Assembly (NCBI GenBank): GCA_964016885.1
Contig: OZ024752.1
Span: 36,766,001-36,830,000 of the forward strand
Reading direction: 5' to 3'
Source of the DNA: Eledone cirrhosa
Taxonomy: Eukaryota
DNA: 64,000 nucleotides
Shown here: piece by piece, positions 1 through 13,903 of the stretch
Layout of the letters: each line of letters begins with the position of its first letter
Position numbering within the stretch: the stretch's first letter is position 1
Notes under the pieces: model-generated
Seen by the model: only the letters and a program-made list of their open reading frames with translations
Told to the model about the DNA's origin: nothing
The model's database searches: none
Translations under genes and position numbers: made by a program

Positions 1-3000
1 CCGTCCAGCGATTCTTTCCTGAGACATTCTAACCACATTCTAACTGAGTCTCTTGTCGATTTATTTTACCCGTAAAATCCGTCCAGCGATTCTTTCCTGA
101 GACATTCTAACCACATTCTAACTGAGTCTCTTGTCGGTTTATTTTACCCGTAAAATCCGTCCAGCGATTCTTTCCTGAGACATTCTAACCACATTCTAAC
201 TGAGTCTCTTGTCGGTTTATTTTACCCGTAAAATCTGTCCAGCGATTCTTTCCTGAGACATTCTAACCACATTCTAACTGAGTCTCTTGTCGGTTTATTT
301 TACCCGTAAAATCCGTCCAGCGATTCTTTCCTGAGACATTCTAACCACATTCTAACTGAGTCTCTTGTCGATTTATTTTACCCGTAAAATCCGTCCAGCG
401 ATTCTTTCCTGAGACATTCTAACCACATTCTAACTGAGTCTCTTGTCGGTTTATTTTACCCGTAAAATCCGTCCAGCGATTCTTTCCTGAGACATTCTAA
501 CCACATTCTAACTGAGTCTCTTGTCGGTTTATTTTACCCGTAAAATCTGTCCAGCGATTCTTTCCTGAGACATTCTAACCACATTCTAACTGAGTCTCTT
601 GTCGGTTTATTTTACCCGTAAAATCCGTCCAGCGATTCTTTCCTGAGACATTCTAACCACATTCTAACTGAGTCTCTTGTCGGTTTATTTTACCCGTAAA
701 ATCCGTCCAGCGATTCTTTCCTGAGACATTCTAACCACATTCTAACTGAGTCTCTTGTCAGTTTATTTTACCCGTAAAATCCGTCCAGCGATTCTTTCCT
801 GAGACATTCTAACCACATTCTAACTGAGTCTCTTGTCGATTTATTTTACCCGTAAAATCTGTCCAGCGATTCTTTCCTGAGACATTCTAATCACATTCTA
901 ACTGAGTCTCTTGTCGATTTATTTTACCCGTAAAATCTGTCCAGCGATTCTTTCCTGAGACATTCTAATCACATTCTAACTGAGTCTCTTGTCGATTTAT
1001 TTTACCCGTAAAATCCGTCCAGCGATTCTTTCCTGAGACATTCTAACCACATTCTAACTGAGTCTCTTGTCGATTTATTTTACCCGTAAAATCCGTCCAG
1101 CGATTCTTTCCTGAGACATTCTAACCACATTCTAACTGAGTCTCTTGTCGGTTTATTTTACCCGTAAAATCCGTCCAGCGATTCTTTCCTGAGACATTCT
1201 AATCACATTCTAACTGAGTCTCTTGTCGATTTATTTTACCCGTAAAATCCGTCCAGCGATTCTTTCCTGAGACATTCTAACCACATTCTAACTGAGTCTC
1301 TTGTCGATTTATTTTACCCGTAAAATCCGTCCAGCGATTCTTTCCTGAGACATTCTAACCACATTCTAACTGAGTCTCTTGTCGATTTATTTTACCCGTA
1401 AAATCCGTCCAGCGATTCTTTCCTGAGACATTCTAACCACATTCTAACTGAGTCTCTTGTCGGTTTATTTTACCCGTAAAATCCGTCCAGCGATTCTTTC
1501 CTGAGACATTCTAACCACATTCTAACTGAGTCTCTTGTCGGTTTATTTTACCCGTAAAATCTGTCCAGCGATTCTTTCCTGAGACATTCTAACCACATTC
1601 TAACTGAGTCTCTTGTCGGTTTATTTTACCCGTAAAATCCGTCCAGCGATTCTTTCCTGAGACATTCTAACCACATTCTAACTGAGTCTCTTGTCGGTTT
1701 ATTTTACCCGTAAAATCTGTCCAGCGATTCTTTCCTGAGACATTCTAACCACATTCTAACTGAGTCTCTTGTCGGTTTATTTTACCCGTAAAATCCGTCC
1801 AGCGATTCTTTCCTGAGACATTCTAACCACATTCTAACTGAGTCTCTTGTCGGTTTATTTTACCCGTAAAATCCGTCCAGCGATTCTTTCCTGAGACATT
1901 CTAACCACATTCTAACTGAGTCTCTTGTCAGTTTATTTTACCCGTAAAATCCGTCCAGCGATTCTTTCCTGAGACATTCTAACCACATTCTAACTGAGTC
2001 TCTTGTCGATTTATTTTACCCGTAAAATCTGTCCAGCGATTCTTTCCTGAGACATTCTAATCACATTCTAACTGAGTCTCTTGTCGATTTATTTTACCCG
2101 TAAAATCTGTCCAGCGATTCTTTCCTGAGACATTCTAATCACATTCTAACTGAGTCTCTTGTCGATTTATTTTACCCGTAAAATCCGTCCAGCGATTCTT
2201 TCCTGGGACATTCTAACCACATTCTAACTGAGTCTCTTGTCGATTTATTTTACCCGTAAAATCCGTCCAGCGATTCTTTCCTGAGACATTCTAACCACAT
2301 TCTAACTGAGTCTCTTGTCGGTTTATTTTACCCGTAAAATCCGTCCAGCGATTCTTTCCTGAGACATTCTAATCACATTCTAACTGAGTCTCTTGTCGAT
2401 TTATTTTACCCGTAAAATCCGTCCAGCGATTCTTTCCTGAGACATTCTAACCACATTCTAACTGAGTCTCTTGTCGATTTATTTTACCCGTAAAATCCGT
2501 CCAGCGATTCTTTCCTGAGACATTCTAACCACATTCTAACTGAGTCTCTTGTCGGTTTATTTTACCCGTAAAATCCGTCCAGCGATTCTTTCCTGAGACA
2601 TTCTAACCACATTCTAACTGAGTCTCTTGTCGGTTTATTTTACCCGTAAAATCTGTCCAGCGATTCTTTCCTGAGACATTCTAACCACATTCTAACTGAG
2701 TCTCTTGTCGGTTTATTTTACCCGTAAAATCCGTCCAGCGATTCTTTCCTGAGACATTCTAACCACATTCTAACTGAGTCTCTTGTCGGTTTATTTTACC
2801 CGTAAAATCCGTCCAGCGATTCTTTCCTGAGACATTCTAACCACATTCTAACTGAGTCTCTTGTCAGTTTATTTTACCCGTAAAATCCGTCCAGCGATTC
2901 TTTCCTGAGACATTCTAACCACATTCTAACTGAGTCTCTTGTCGATTTATTTTACCCGTAAAATCTGTCCAGCGATTCTTTCCTGAGACATTCTAATCAC

Positions 3001-4985
3001 ATTCTAACTGAGTCTCTTGTCGATTTATTTTACCCGTAAAATCTGTCCAGCGATTCTTTCCTGAGACATTCTAATCACATTCTAACTGAGTCTCTTGTCG
3101 ATTTATTTTACCCGTAAAATCTGTCCAGCGATTCTTTCCTGAGACATTCTAACCGAGTCTCTTGTCGGTTTATTTTACCCGTAAAATCCGTCCAGCGATT
3201 CTTTCCTGAGACATTCTAACCACATTCTAACTGAGTCTCTTGTCGGTTTATTTTACCCGTAAAATCCGTCCAGCGATTCTTTCCTGAGACATTCTAACCA
3301 CATTCTAACTGAGTCTCTTGTCGATTTATTTTACCCGTAAAATCCGTCCAGCGATTCTTTCCTGAGACATTCTAACCACATTCTAACTGAGTCTCTTGTC
3401 GGTTTATTTTACCCGTAAAATCCGTCCAGCGATTCTTTCCTGAGACATTCTAACCACATTCTAACTGAGTCTCTTGTCGGTTTATTTTACCCGTAAAATC
3501 CGTCCAGCGATTCTTTCCTGAGACATTCTAACCACATTCTAACTGAGTCTCTTGTCGGTTTATTTTACCCGTAAAATCTGTCCAGCGATTCTTTCCTGAG
3601 ACATTCTAACCACATTCTAACTGAGTCTCTTGTCGGTTTATTTTACCCGTAAAATCCGTCCAGCGATTCTTTCCTGAGACATTCTAACCACATTCTAACT
3701 GAGTCTCTTGTCGATTTATTTTACCCGTAAAATCCGTCCAGCGATTCTTTCCTGAGACATTCTAACCACATTCTAACTGAGTCTCTTGTCGGTTTATTTT
3801 ACCCGTAAAATCTGTCCAGCGATTCTTTCCTGAGACATTCTAACCACATTCTAACTGAGTCTCTTGTCGGTTTATTTTACCCGTAAAATCCGTCCAGCGA
3901 TTCTTTCCTGAGACATTCTAACCACATTCTAACTGAGTCTCTTGTCGGTTTATTTTACCCGTAAAATCCGTCCAGCGATTCTTTCCTGAGACATTCTAAC
4001 CACATTCTAACTGAGTCTCTTGTCAGTTTATTTTACCCGTAAAATCCGTCCAGCGATTCTTTCCTGAGACATTCTAACCACATTCTAACTGAGTCTCTTG
4101 TCGATTTATTTTACCCGTAAAATCTGTCCAGCGATTCTTTCCTGAGACATTCTAATCACATTCTAACTGAGTCTCTTGTCAGTTTATTTTACCCGTAAAA
4201 TCTGTCCAGCGATTCTTTCCTGAGACATTCTAACCGAGTCTCTTGTCGGTTTATTTTACCCGTAAAATCCGTCCAGCGATTCTTTCCTGAGACATTCTAA
4301 CCACATTCTAACTGAGTCTCTTGTCGGTTTATTTTACCCGTAAAATCCGTCCAGCGATTCTTTCCTGAGACATTCTAACCACATTCTAACTGAGTCTCTT
4401 GTCGATTTATTTTACCCGTAAAATCCGTCCAGCGATTCTTTCCTGAGACATTCTAACCACATTCTAACTGAGTCTCTTGTCGGTTTATTTTACCCGTAAA
4501 ATCCGTCCAGCGATTCTTTCCTGAGACATTCTAACCACATTCTAACTGAGTCTCTTGTCGGTTTATTTTACCCGTAAAATCTGTCCAGCGATTCTTTCCT
4601 GAGACATTCTAACCACATTCTAACTGAGTCTCTTGTCGGTTTATTTTACCTGTAAAATCTGTCCAGCGATTCTTTCCTGAGACATTCTAACCACATTCTA
4701 ACTGAGTCTCTTGTCGGTTTATTTTACCCGTAAAATCTGTCCAGCGATTCTTTCCTGAGACATTCTAACCACATTCTAACTGAGTCTCTTGTCGGTTTAT
4801 TTTACCCGTAAAATCTGTCCAGCGATTCTTTCCTGAGACATTCTAACCACATTCTAACTGAGTCTCTTGTCGATTTATTTTACCCGTAAAATCCGTCCAG
4901 CGATTCTTCCCTGAGACATTCTAACCACATTCTAACTGAGTCTCTTGGTTTATTTTACCCGTAAAATCTGTCCAGCGATTCTTCC
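1..4985. repeat. 78-bp tandem satellite, about 64 near-identical units, runs off the left edge
   Basis: Unit CCGTCCAGCGATTCTTTCCTGAGACATTCTAACCACATTCTAACTGAGTCTCTTGTCGGTTTATTTTACCCGTAAAAT recurs at 1, 79, 157...; stops in all six frames. Confidence 0.98.
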
Positions 4986-5961
4986 ATAATAAAATAAAAT
5001 AAAATAAACTAACACAGATTTAGATTTTCGGAAGCTGAATGGATCTAGTGATGTATAGATTCAATAGAAACACACGGTAATTTATATTAGAAGGAAATAC
5101 AATTTCGTGACGTTCCTGTATTTTGCAAGCGTATTAACAACACACGAAACGAGACAAGGCTACAAATACAAATCGAATCTAAATTATAGATCTGTTTAAC
5201 CAAGAGCTCACGCCTATTCGACTAAATATAGAATAAACTAAAGAATCTCATCAATGGATTATTCCAATATTTAAAAAAAAAAAATGTAGCTAAAACTTTG
5301 ATAGTCATCTCACCTTGAAAAGCTGAATATATCGGAGACAATTTCAGTTAGACATATTTAGACGAAAGATCTTACACTATATCAATCATAGCAAATTTCT
5401 AATATTGATTCAAAGCAATTTCTACGAGGCTTTATATACAACGATTTGTTCAATAAAGCCAATTCTTCCGTATCTATTATTTTCTAGTATTTCTAAAGCA
5501 AGATGATGTTTTATGCATGGGCAATCGATTGTCGCATGTATTTGATGGAAGAATGGATAAATAAAATTTAAGCTATATAAGTCGATTGCTGTTTTTGCTA
5601 GGTTGTTCGCGATATTTTCCAATAGTCTGTTTAACGTTGTTGGCTATGACCATCTATTATTAGTAATTATGTTTAGATTACACTTCTCTCATAGATTGTT
5701 CTGACCTACTTTTAAGTCGGACATTAGACACAGAAACAAACCTTGTGTTGGTCTTTCCACGCAACTAACTACTTTGTTCGCCCGACTGTAGAACTCATTG
5801 AAAATCTGAAATTATATATATATAATTAAGCTTTTCTTTAAGAAAGAGTTACATAATTTTAAAAATTACAGCATATAAGTCGATACGAATATATGCCAAC
5901 CCCACTAGTTTATATCAGAGAAATTGGAAAAAATCTAAACCTTATTTACATAGAATTTGAA

Positions 5962-6068
5962 GTTGATGAAAAATCGTCAAAAATATTGACCCCCGAATAT
6001 AAGCCGACCCGTTCTACCATCGATTTTTTATCACATATTCCTCGGCTTATATTCGAGTATATTCGGTA
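5962..6068. mobile_element. End fragment of a Tc1/mariner/pogo-like MITE
   Basis: CGAATATAAGCCGA ... TCGGCTTATATTCGAGTATATTCGGTA inverted subterminal motifs ending at TA. Confidence 0.4.
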
Positions 6069-7039
6069 TATTGTTTAGATGTTTGTCACCTTGTAGAATT
6101 TATCCTCTTCTCATTCCATAACTTCTTGCCATTCTTATTTTACTCTATTTTATTGTTTATCACTAGTTCTTACGTTATTAGATTTCACATAAGCATGGTC
6201 ATGTAACTCGTAGAGATATCGTATTGATATACAGCGTTTCTTGGACATTTTAAACCTGGCGTAGCCCATCCCTCGCCAGGTCTGAGTACAGCAGGTTTCT
6301 TTCAGAGAAAGATAAAAAGATATTTCACATATAATTTCTACTAAAGCAGCCATCATTCTTTTAAAGAAATAAGGATGGTTTTAAGAAATATAATTAAAAT
6401 ACAGACAAACAAACAAGCCAGCAACGAGCGGAAATCTCAATTTTGTAAACGACAATTACGGTTGAAACTAATCAATTACTAGTGCCGTATGTAGAAATTC
6501 TCCAGGGATTCTTGTCTGGTGAAGCTTTGTCAGATATTCTTGTGGCAATACTGGATTCATTCAGACAGTACCGCTGCCACACAGTAATTCCACAAATATA
6601 TATATATACTCAGGAAAAAAATTGTCTTATAGCAAGAAACGAATAAACGAGGGAAAAAAAGAAGGAAAAACTTCATGTTGATCACGTGAACGTAACACAT
6701 TGTTTAAAATCACTTAAATTATATCTAGTTATATATATTTATCGTACAGGATGGAGAATCCCGGCTATATCTTCAAATACGGTTACATTAAGAGAATATA
6801 TTATTTGGCGATTGCAAACTCACTCATTTAACTCTTTAATCAAATTCAATCTCCTAGGTATTTTCTTCAACAAGAAAATATTCATAACTTGAAAGATTAT
6901 ACCATTTTAAAAGAAGAAAAAAAAAAAGAAAAAGATTGTTTACGCCCAAATAGCATTTCATATGTATGTGTTGCACATATAAAACTTACACCTAACCTCT
7001 GCTTGTTGATAGGCGATAGAGTACAAACGACAAAATAAC

Positions 7040-7172
7040 ATTTATTACTTCCTTTTGAGGCGTGAAAATCAATCTAGTCGAGAGAAGGCGCGCCACGTAC
7101 GAGTTTGAAGAGAAAGAAAGCTAAAAAAAAAAAAAAGGACAACGAGAAAGCCAAAAATCCAACAAGGTTAGT
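7040..7172 (+). promoter_or_regulatory. Candidate promoter / non-coding first exon of the 990-aa gene
   Basis: Pyrimidine initiator-like CTTCCTTTT (7048), E2F-like GGCGTGAAA and GGCGCGCC, locally CpG-rich, donor-like AAG|GTTAGT at 7166/7167. Confidence 0.35.
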
Positions 7173-7381
7173 AAATTTTCTTACCTATTAAATTGTTGTT
7201 ACTAACGTTTATTACAAAACGAGACATGCATTTAAAAAATAAATTCAAGTGTCTAAAATATTCCTTTCTCCAAAAAAGTAACGAAAAAATAATAAAATAA
7301 AAAATTAAAATAAAATTATGTTAAAAATTATTTCAAGAAAAACTACCTTTAATAATAAAAAAAAAAAATAATATACACACT

Positions 7382-7433
7382 TGAAAATATGTCTCATACA
7401 GTCACACATGTGACTGTATGAGACATGTGTATG

Positions 7434-7465
<32 letters not shown>

Positions 7466-7525
7466 TACATACACTCACACATGTCTCATACAGTCACGTG
7501 TGTGACTGTATGAGACATATTTTCA
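7382..7525. repeat. Double-hairpin inverted repeat around a (TA)n spacer
   Basis: ATGTCTCATACAGTCAC occurs four times in alternating orientation; outer arms extend to TGAAAAT/ATTTTCA. Confidence 0.85.
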
Positions 7526-10500
7526 TATAAATATATATATATATAGAGAGACATATTTTCATATAAATATATATATATATAGAGAGAGAGAGAGACAGAG
7601 ACTTCGAAACTAATACGAAAAACTTTGTATAATATTAATTTATTTTACTTTGATTTGTCGTGTTATATTGTCGCTTTGCATGAAATAATAAACGATTTAA
7701 ACTATGCAAAACTAAAATGTGAAGAATATAGATTTATTTCCTCACAAGATTCCATTGTTAAATAATGTTTTTCCTGTGAACACTACTTTAATAATCTCCA
7801 GTGTTGCCCGCCTTATATGCCAGACAACTTAGCGGTTTTTTTTTTTTTTAAATCTTTACGTTCTGATTAACCCACCACCAACACAATAACACCACCACCA
7901 CCACCACTAATAAAACTGATGTCGCCACCACCGCCGTCGCCGCCACCGCTAATAAGACTGCTGTCGCCACCACCGCCGCCACCATCACCACTCTTTAGTA
8001 GAATAAGCAGGCACGATTAAATTAAGTCATCGCCTTTTTGCAATGAATCACAGGCATCAAGCGTCTGAAGGCTGAAAGGGATATATAGTTTGATAGTTGT
8101 AGCAGTAATAGCACTTGGCACCACCGGAGATACGGCAGGTAATAGTCATCATCATTCATCAATTACATTACACACAACACGCCGCCACCACCACCAGCAG
8201 CAGCAGCAGCACTTTACACCACCCTACACCTCGTCATTCGTCTGACTTTCATTTCATTCAAGTCTCCGCCTTCAGCCCCCCTCAAACTCTCAGTCTTCAG
8301 TCCGTCCCGAAACAAAAATAAAAAAATAAAACATAAAACAAAAAAAAAACAAAAAAAAACATTGCTGAGAGGTTGTTTTTGTTGTTGTTGTTATTGTGGC
8401 TGGGTTTTTTCTTTATTTTTTTTTTTTCTTTTGAGTTTTTTATTTTTGTTATTAATTTTTTTTTTTTTTTTTCAAACGGGATGAAAGTAGATATCGAACC
8501 GTATTAAACTTAAAACTACTGGTGGCCCATCTACAGAGCAAGCTGGAGCTAAAGCTTATAGCTTGATCGTAACTAGGTCGTTCGTTTCGCCTATTGTAGG
8601 CAATGAATACCACGTGATGCTATTGAAATACGCGCTGCGTCACTCACTCTTCATCTATTCATAGTGATCACACATTTAAGATCGTATATATTCGCCTCGC
8701 TTTCATCGCTTTTTCTAGTCAGCCATTTTTGCGATAGTGCTTTGTTGAAAGTGTGTGTCGGTGCTTGTACCTATGTATATGCCTGTATGCGTAAATATGT
8801 ATATGTACGTATGTGTTTGTGTGTAATTATGTCTGTGTGAATGCTTCTACGTACGTACGTATGTATGTATGCGTATAATTATGTCTGTGTGAGTGTTTCT
8901 ACGCATGTGTGTGTGTATGGATGTATGTATGTGTAAATATGTATATGCCTGTGTGTGTGTAATTATGTCTGTGTGAGTACTTGTACGTATGCATATATGT
9001 GCTTGTGTGCAATTATGTGTCTGTGTGTGTGATCGTGAGTGCGCGTTTCCGTAGCCCACTCTCTCTCTCCCTCTCTCTCTACAGTGACTGTAACTCACTC
9101 AACTCAACAGCAATCGGCATTAAAACATCTCGCAGCATTCTGTATGGAGCTAGCTGTAAGGACACCGTAACAGTTTATCCACTATTGGAGTATATATATA
9201 TATATATATATTTATATATAAATATATATATAAAATATACGTACATTGTATTGTTTTAATTTACGAAGACACATTGACGTATTATTTACGTTTGTTTGTA
9301 GGCCAAAAAATATTTTTTTTTTCTGAAGATAAAAGTGCCTGTAAGTATTATTACGAGTTTTATATCTAATTAGAAAAAAAAAATACATTTATTCCTCTGG
9401 AAAAAAAGAAAGAATTGTTTTCTTTTTTCACAGAAGCAAAGTTTTTTTTTGTGTGTGTGTGTTTGTGGATTATTGAAAAGTTCACCATATGACATTATAT
9501 ACTAATATATAATTGAGTCTATTTATTAATTTTTTTCTTTCATTAACATGCTGCTCTCTGGCTGTATTTCCGTAATTCTTGCATAAATTGATTGCCTGCT
9601 TCGTAAATAGGTGTTTCTTGTATACACTTCTCTAGCATTTTAACTGAAGTTCATGTGAATTGCAGTCAGATATATTTTTCTGATAATCGATCTCTATATT
9701 AGAATTATATAGTATTAGTGGGCTTCTTTCTCCGTCCTTCGCTTCTTTCTTTCTTTACTTTTATTCTTTCTTCTCTCTCTCCCTCTCATTTATTTATATT
9801 TTTTTTTATTTCTCTAGACACGTTATTGATATTTTTGAAATAGATACTAACGATACACAGAATTTCTGTTTTAGAATATACTTTAGATTAATAATATATA
9901 TTTAGATTAAATATTAAGTAACAATTATACGATTATTGTTACTTCGTGGCATTTAGGTAGTATAGTAATTTCTTTTAATAGTTTGTCACGGAATATAAAA
10001 CCAAGATTTATTTTGCAATTTTTTTTTTCTTTTAATAATATAATGTTATTTTCAGTCTCGTTGTCACAGTTTTATATATATATCAAAATTATATATGTAT
10101 ATATATATATATTTGTGCGTGTGTATATATATATAATAGTTTTGCAGTTTTGTTAGCACATTTAAATGTTTACAATTCTTCAAAGGAATCGTAACAAACG
10201 CGTTCTTTAGATGCCTTTATGTAATCGAAGATTTTTTTGCCCTTATTACATGTGCTATTGATGATTCATTGAAGGATTTCGATTGATTTTGTTATTTTTA
10301 TTATTTTTACTACCATCAAAACAATAACTTCGTTTTACACTCTGGACCCATCGTTAATGTTTTGATTGCAACTATTCCTCCCCTACAGTTACTACAATTT
10401 CAAATGTTTTCATTTATAGTATTGTTACGTGTAATATATATATGGGTCTGAATTCTTCATATTACTGCTTCGTTATTATATTATAAAGCGGTTATTACAC

Positions 10501-10614
10501 AAAATACTTCTTTACAATAACAACAAGAACCTTGCCACAAGTTTATTTATTTTTCGATCGTTTGTCCATATTTAAAGGATCTATTTAGGAATATTTTCTT
10601 AACGTGCAACAAAA

Positions 10615-10705
10615 GAAATGACTTCTACATGACTAGAACTGTTTCGTTCGTATGAAATCATCACGAATAAAACAATTCTAGTTCAGTAGAAGTCATATCT
10701 ATATT
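10615..10705. mobile_element. Decayed fold-back copy of hammerhead family B (see 26081 and 30595)
   Basis: GAAATGACTTCTACATGACTAGAACTGTTTCGTTCG...TTCTAGTTCAGTAGAAGTCAT matches the 26088-26150 sequence with substitutions. Confidence 0.65.
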
Positions 10706-10707
10706 AA

Positions 10708-10815
10708 ATAATTGTTTCTACTTTTGGCACAAGGCCAGCAACTACTCAGTACATTACTGGTACTTTATTTTATCGACCTCGTAAGGATGAAAGGCAAAGT
10801 TAACCTCGGCGGGAC
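10708..10815 (-). mobile_element. tRNA-derived SINE fragment (family 1)
   Basis: TACTGGTACTTTATTTTATCGACC..GTAAGGATGAAAGGCAAAGTTAACCTCGGCGGGA, shared with many copies in the window. Confidence 0.8.
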
Positions 10816-11789
10816 TCTACTAATGTATTGAGTACCCTTATTAACTGTGTTAAACTCCCGATATTACTCGGGATCTACATATTGTTTATTTTCTGCTAAA
10901 ATATACTTTAATAACGAGTGTTATAGTGATAATACTAATGATAATATAGGAAATTACTTCACTCTGTCTTTTCCTCTTCACATCCCGGCTGTCTTTTTCT
11001 CTCACTCATTTGCTAATGACACAGCTGTAGAAACTGTTTTTAGTTACATAGCTGCTGCAAAACCTTTTGAAGAAATACGATATTTTTTTTATTTTAGGTA
11101 TAAAAATAAATTTGAGGTTTAATTTCTTAACAAATAATATTCCTATTCTCCTCATAAATCGAAAGAATTAAGAAAACTAACAACAAAATTTTTCATTTTG
11201 TTCTTAAACTTTATTTTGATTTTTTTTTTTTTTTTTTTTTTTGTGGGGTGATAGAATTTACACGCCGATTCTATAGGAAGTGAACAACTATTATATATAG
11301 CCAGTGCTTGCTTTTTATATAATTGAACTATAGTGTGGTATAACATAAGTATATATATATATATATATTATATATATATATATATAACACTTTAAAATAT
11401 TTACACTTCATATTAATAATTGGAAAACTTAACTTCCGTAGATACAGTATAGTCTTAAAATGACCCAAAAGGGAACGGAATGTTTATTTGTATAATTATT
11501 TGGCTTTGTGAATTGTGATATACAATTCTTTTATACGGGCTACGGTCATTAATTAGTCTGCGGCCATGCTGGGCCACTGCCTTGTCAAGTTTTTATTTAT
11601 TTATATTTATGTTTTTAATTCAAGAAGTTCATCTCCAAGAAAGGTTTTAATTTCGACTATAAATTTCAACTGCTCTTTAATTATTTTAATCAATATTGCT
11701 AAAAGTTTAAATTTTATTATATACATGAACTATTTCATTCTTTTGAAATCATCCGGAACTTTTCGGTTGATTTCAAAAGAATGGAACAG

Positions 11790-11839
<50 letters not shown>

Positions 11840-12041
11840 TAAGTAAAATCCTGACCGTTGACATTTTCATAACTTTTGAGATTTTCTTACTTTCATTATT
11901 TTAACCTCGTAGCATGCATGGTGTTTAGCTAACAAAGGGTTGTCCTTTATTTTGAAAAACAAAGCTCTTATAATAATCTCACGTTCAACCTGTTCTGAAA
12001 TATTACCCTCTAAATCTAGCATTTCAAAGTCTGTGTATATG

Positions 12042-12370
12042 TACTCTGTTTTCCCTAATATAAGCCCTACCTCGAAAATAAGTCCCTAGCACATTTTTAC
12101 GAGAAAAATTATTATTAAAAAAAAATATATAAAACGCAGGTTTCCAGAGTCTTGCTGATTTACTAATATAATAAATTCTTTCAATGATATTGTTTTAAAC
12201 TCTATAATATATATTCTTTATTTCTGACATTAGTATAATGATACTTTTAGCAACTCTCTTTGCTGTTATTTTTTTGTGTAAAAATATAAGCCCTACCTCG
12301 AAAATAAGCTCTAGTACCTTTTTTTTTTTTTAGGGAAAAATAATGTAAGACATGTATCGTAGAGGAAACA
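12042..12370. mobile_element. Decayed pogo/Tigger-like MITE
   Basis: Subterminal motif TATAAGCCCTACCTCGAAAATAAG occurs twice; weak TIR-like ends TGTTTTCC/GGAAACA. Confidence 0.45.
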
Positions 12371-13033
12371 CTTATGATTATGAGGAACGGAATGTGAAAG
12401 TTCAATATTCAATACTGTCTGCTAATCGATCGATCGTGTATATTGGTGTGAAAGTGGCGGAGTTAGGTTGTAAGAATTTCTCTCACTTTTGGGTGCTATG
12501 AGCATTTTATCACATCAGAAATTGTTGTTGTTTAAAAGAATTTCATTATTGATACGAATACGAAAATGAGTCTTTTAAAAGAGTTCATTTCACACTAAGT
12601 CTGTCACGAAAGTAAAGTATTCCAATGATTTAGCCATAACGATACAACTGGCTAACAACAGTACCAGTCCCATCGATTTAACTATGGAAGGATATCATTG
12701 ACATAATCGAGAATACAACACAGTCACTTATTATCGGAATATTAAATTGGAAAATATACTTCCATACTTTTAATATTGAATGTCAAGATTAATATTTTTT
12801 TTAATCACATAGGATAAATATAAATAAAAAGTCTTGAATTTGGGATACAACAGCCCCCCCCCCTCTCTTTCTCTCTCTGTCTCTCTCCTTCGTTGCATCG
12901 TTTTCTTTTTCTTTCCCGTTTCTTCTTCTTTGTTTCATTTAAATATTATTTTTTTTGTCTAACTTTATAATGTTTATAAGAACTGTTGGATTAAAATATT
13001 GCCAGCTGCATCACCTGCATTTCGTACAAATGG

Positions 13034-13903
13034 CACTACCCCTAAATGGAACACCACACACTACCCTTAAATGGAACACCACACACTACCCCTAAATGGA
13101 ATGCCACACACTACCCCTAAATGGAACGCCACACACACTACCCCTAAATGGAACGCCACACACACTACCCCTAAATGGAACGCCACACACACTACCCCTA
13201 AATGGAATACCACACCAACTAACTACACTTAAAATGAAACACCACACACACTACCCCTAAATGGAACACCACACACTACCCCTAAATGGAATGCCACACA
13301 CACTACCCCTAAATGGAATGCCACACACACTACCCCTAAATGGAATACCACACCAACTACACTTAAAATGAAACACCACACACACTAACTACCCCTAATT
13401 GAAACACCTCATCCACTACCCCCAAATGGAACACCACATGGAATACTCTAAATTGATTACCACACGAACTGCTCTAAACAGAATACCATATAGACTACCC
13501 TAAACGGAATACCCCACGAATTACCCTAAATGGAACATCACACTAACTACCCTACATCGAACACCGCACAAACTGCCCCTAAATCAAACACGACACAACA
13601 CACACTACCCTAAATGGAACATGACACAACATACACTATCCTAAATGGAATACAACACACACACACAACCCTAAATGGAACACAACACACACACTACCCT
13701 AAATAGAACACAACACACACACTACTAAATAGAACACAACACACACACACAACCCTAAATGGAACACAACACACACACACACACAACCCTAAATGGAACA
13801 CAACACACACACACAACCCTAAATGGAACACAACACACACACACACAACCCTAAATGGAACACAACACACACACGCACAACCCTAAATGGAACATCACAC
13901 AGA
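13034..13903. repeat. ~25-27 bp minisatellite with a CCCTAAATGGAAC core
   Basis: Tandem CACTACCCCTAAATGGAACACCACA units with variable (CA)n. Confidence 0.92.

Noticed and set aside
1-4985. CRISPR array or coding repeat (78 bp = 26 codons)
   Set aside because: Units are contiguous with no unique spacers, there are stops in all six frames, and the context is eukaryotic.
9302-9340. 39-bp mini-exon (TTTGTAG ... GTAAGT)
   Set aside because: Plausible 5' UTR exon, but such signals are too common to support without transcript data.
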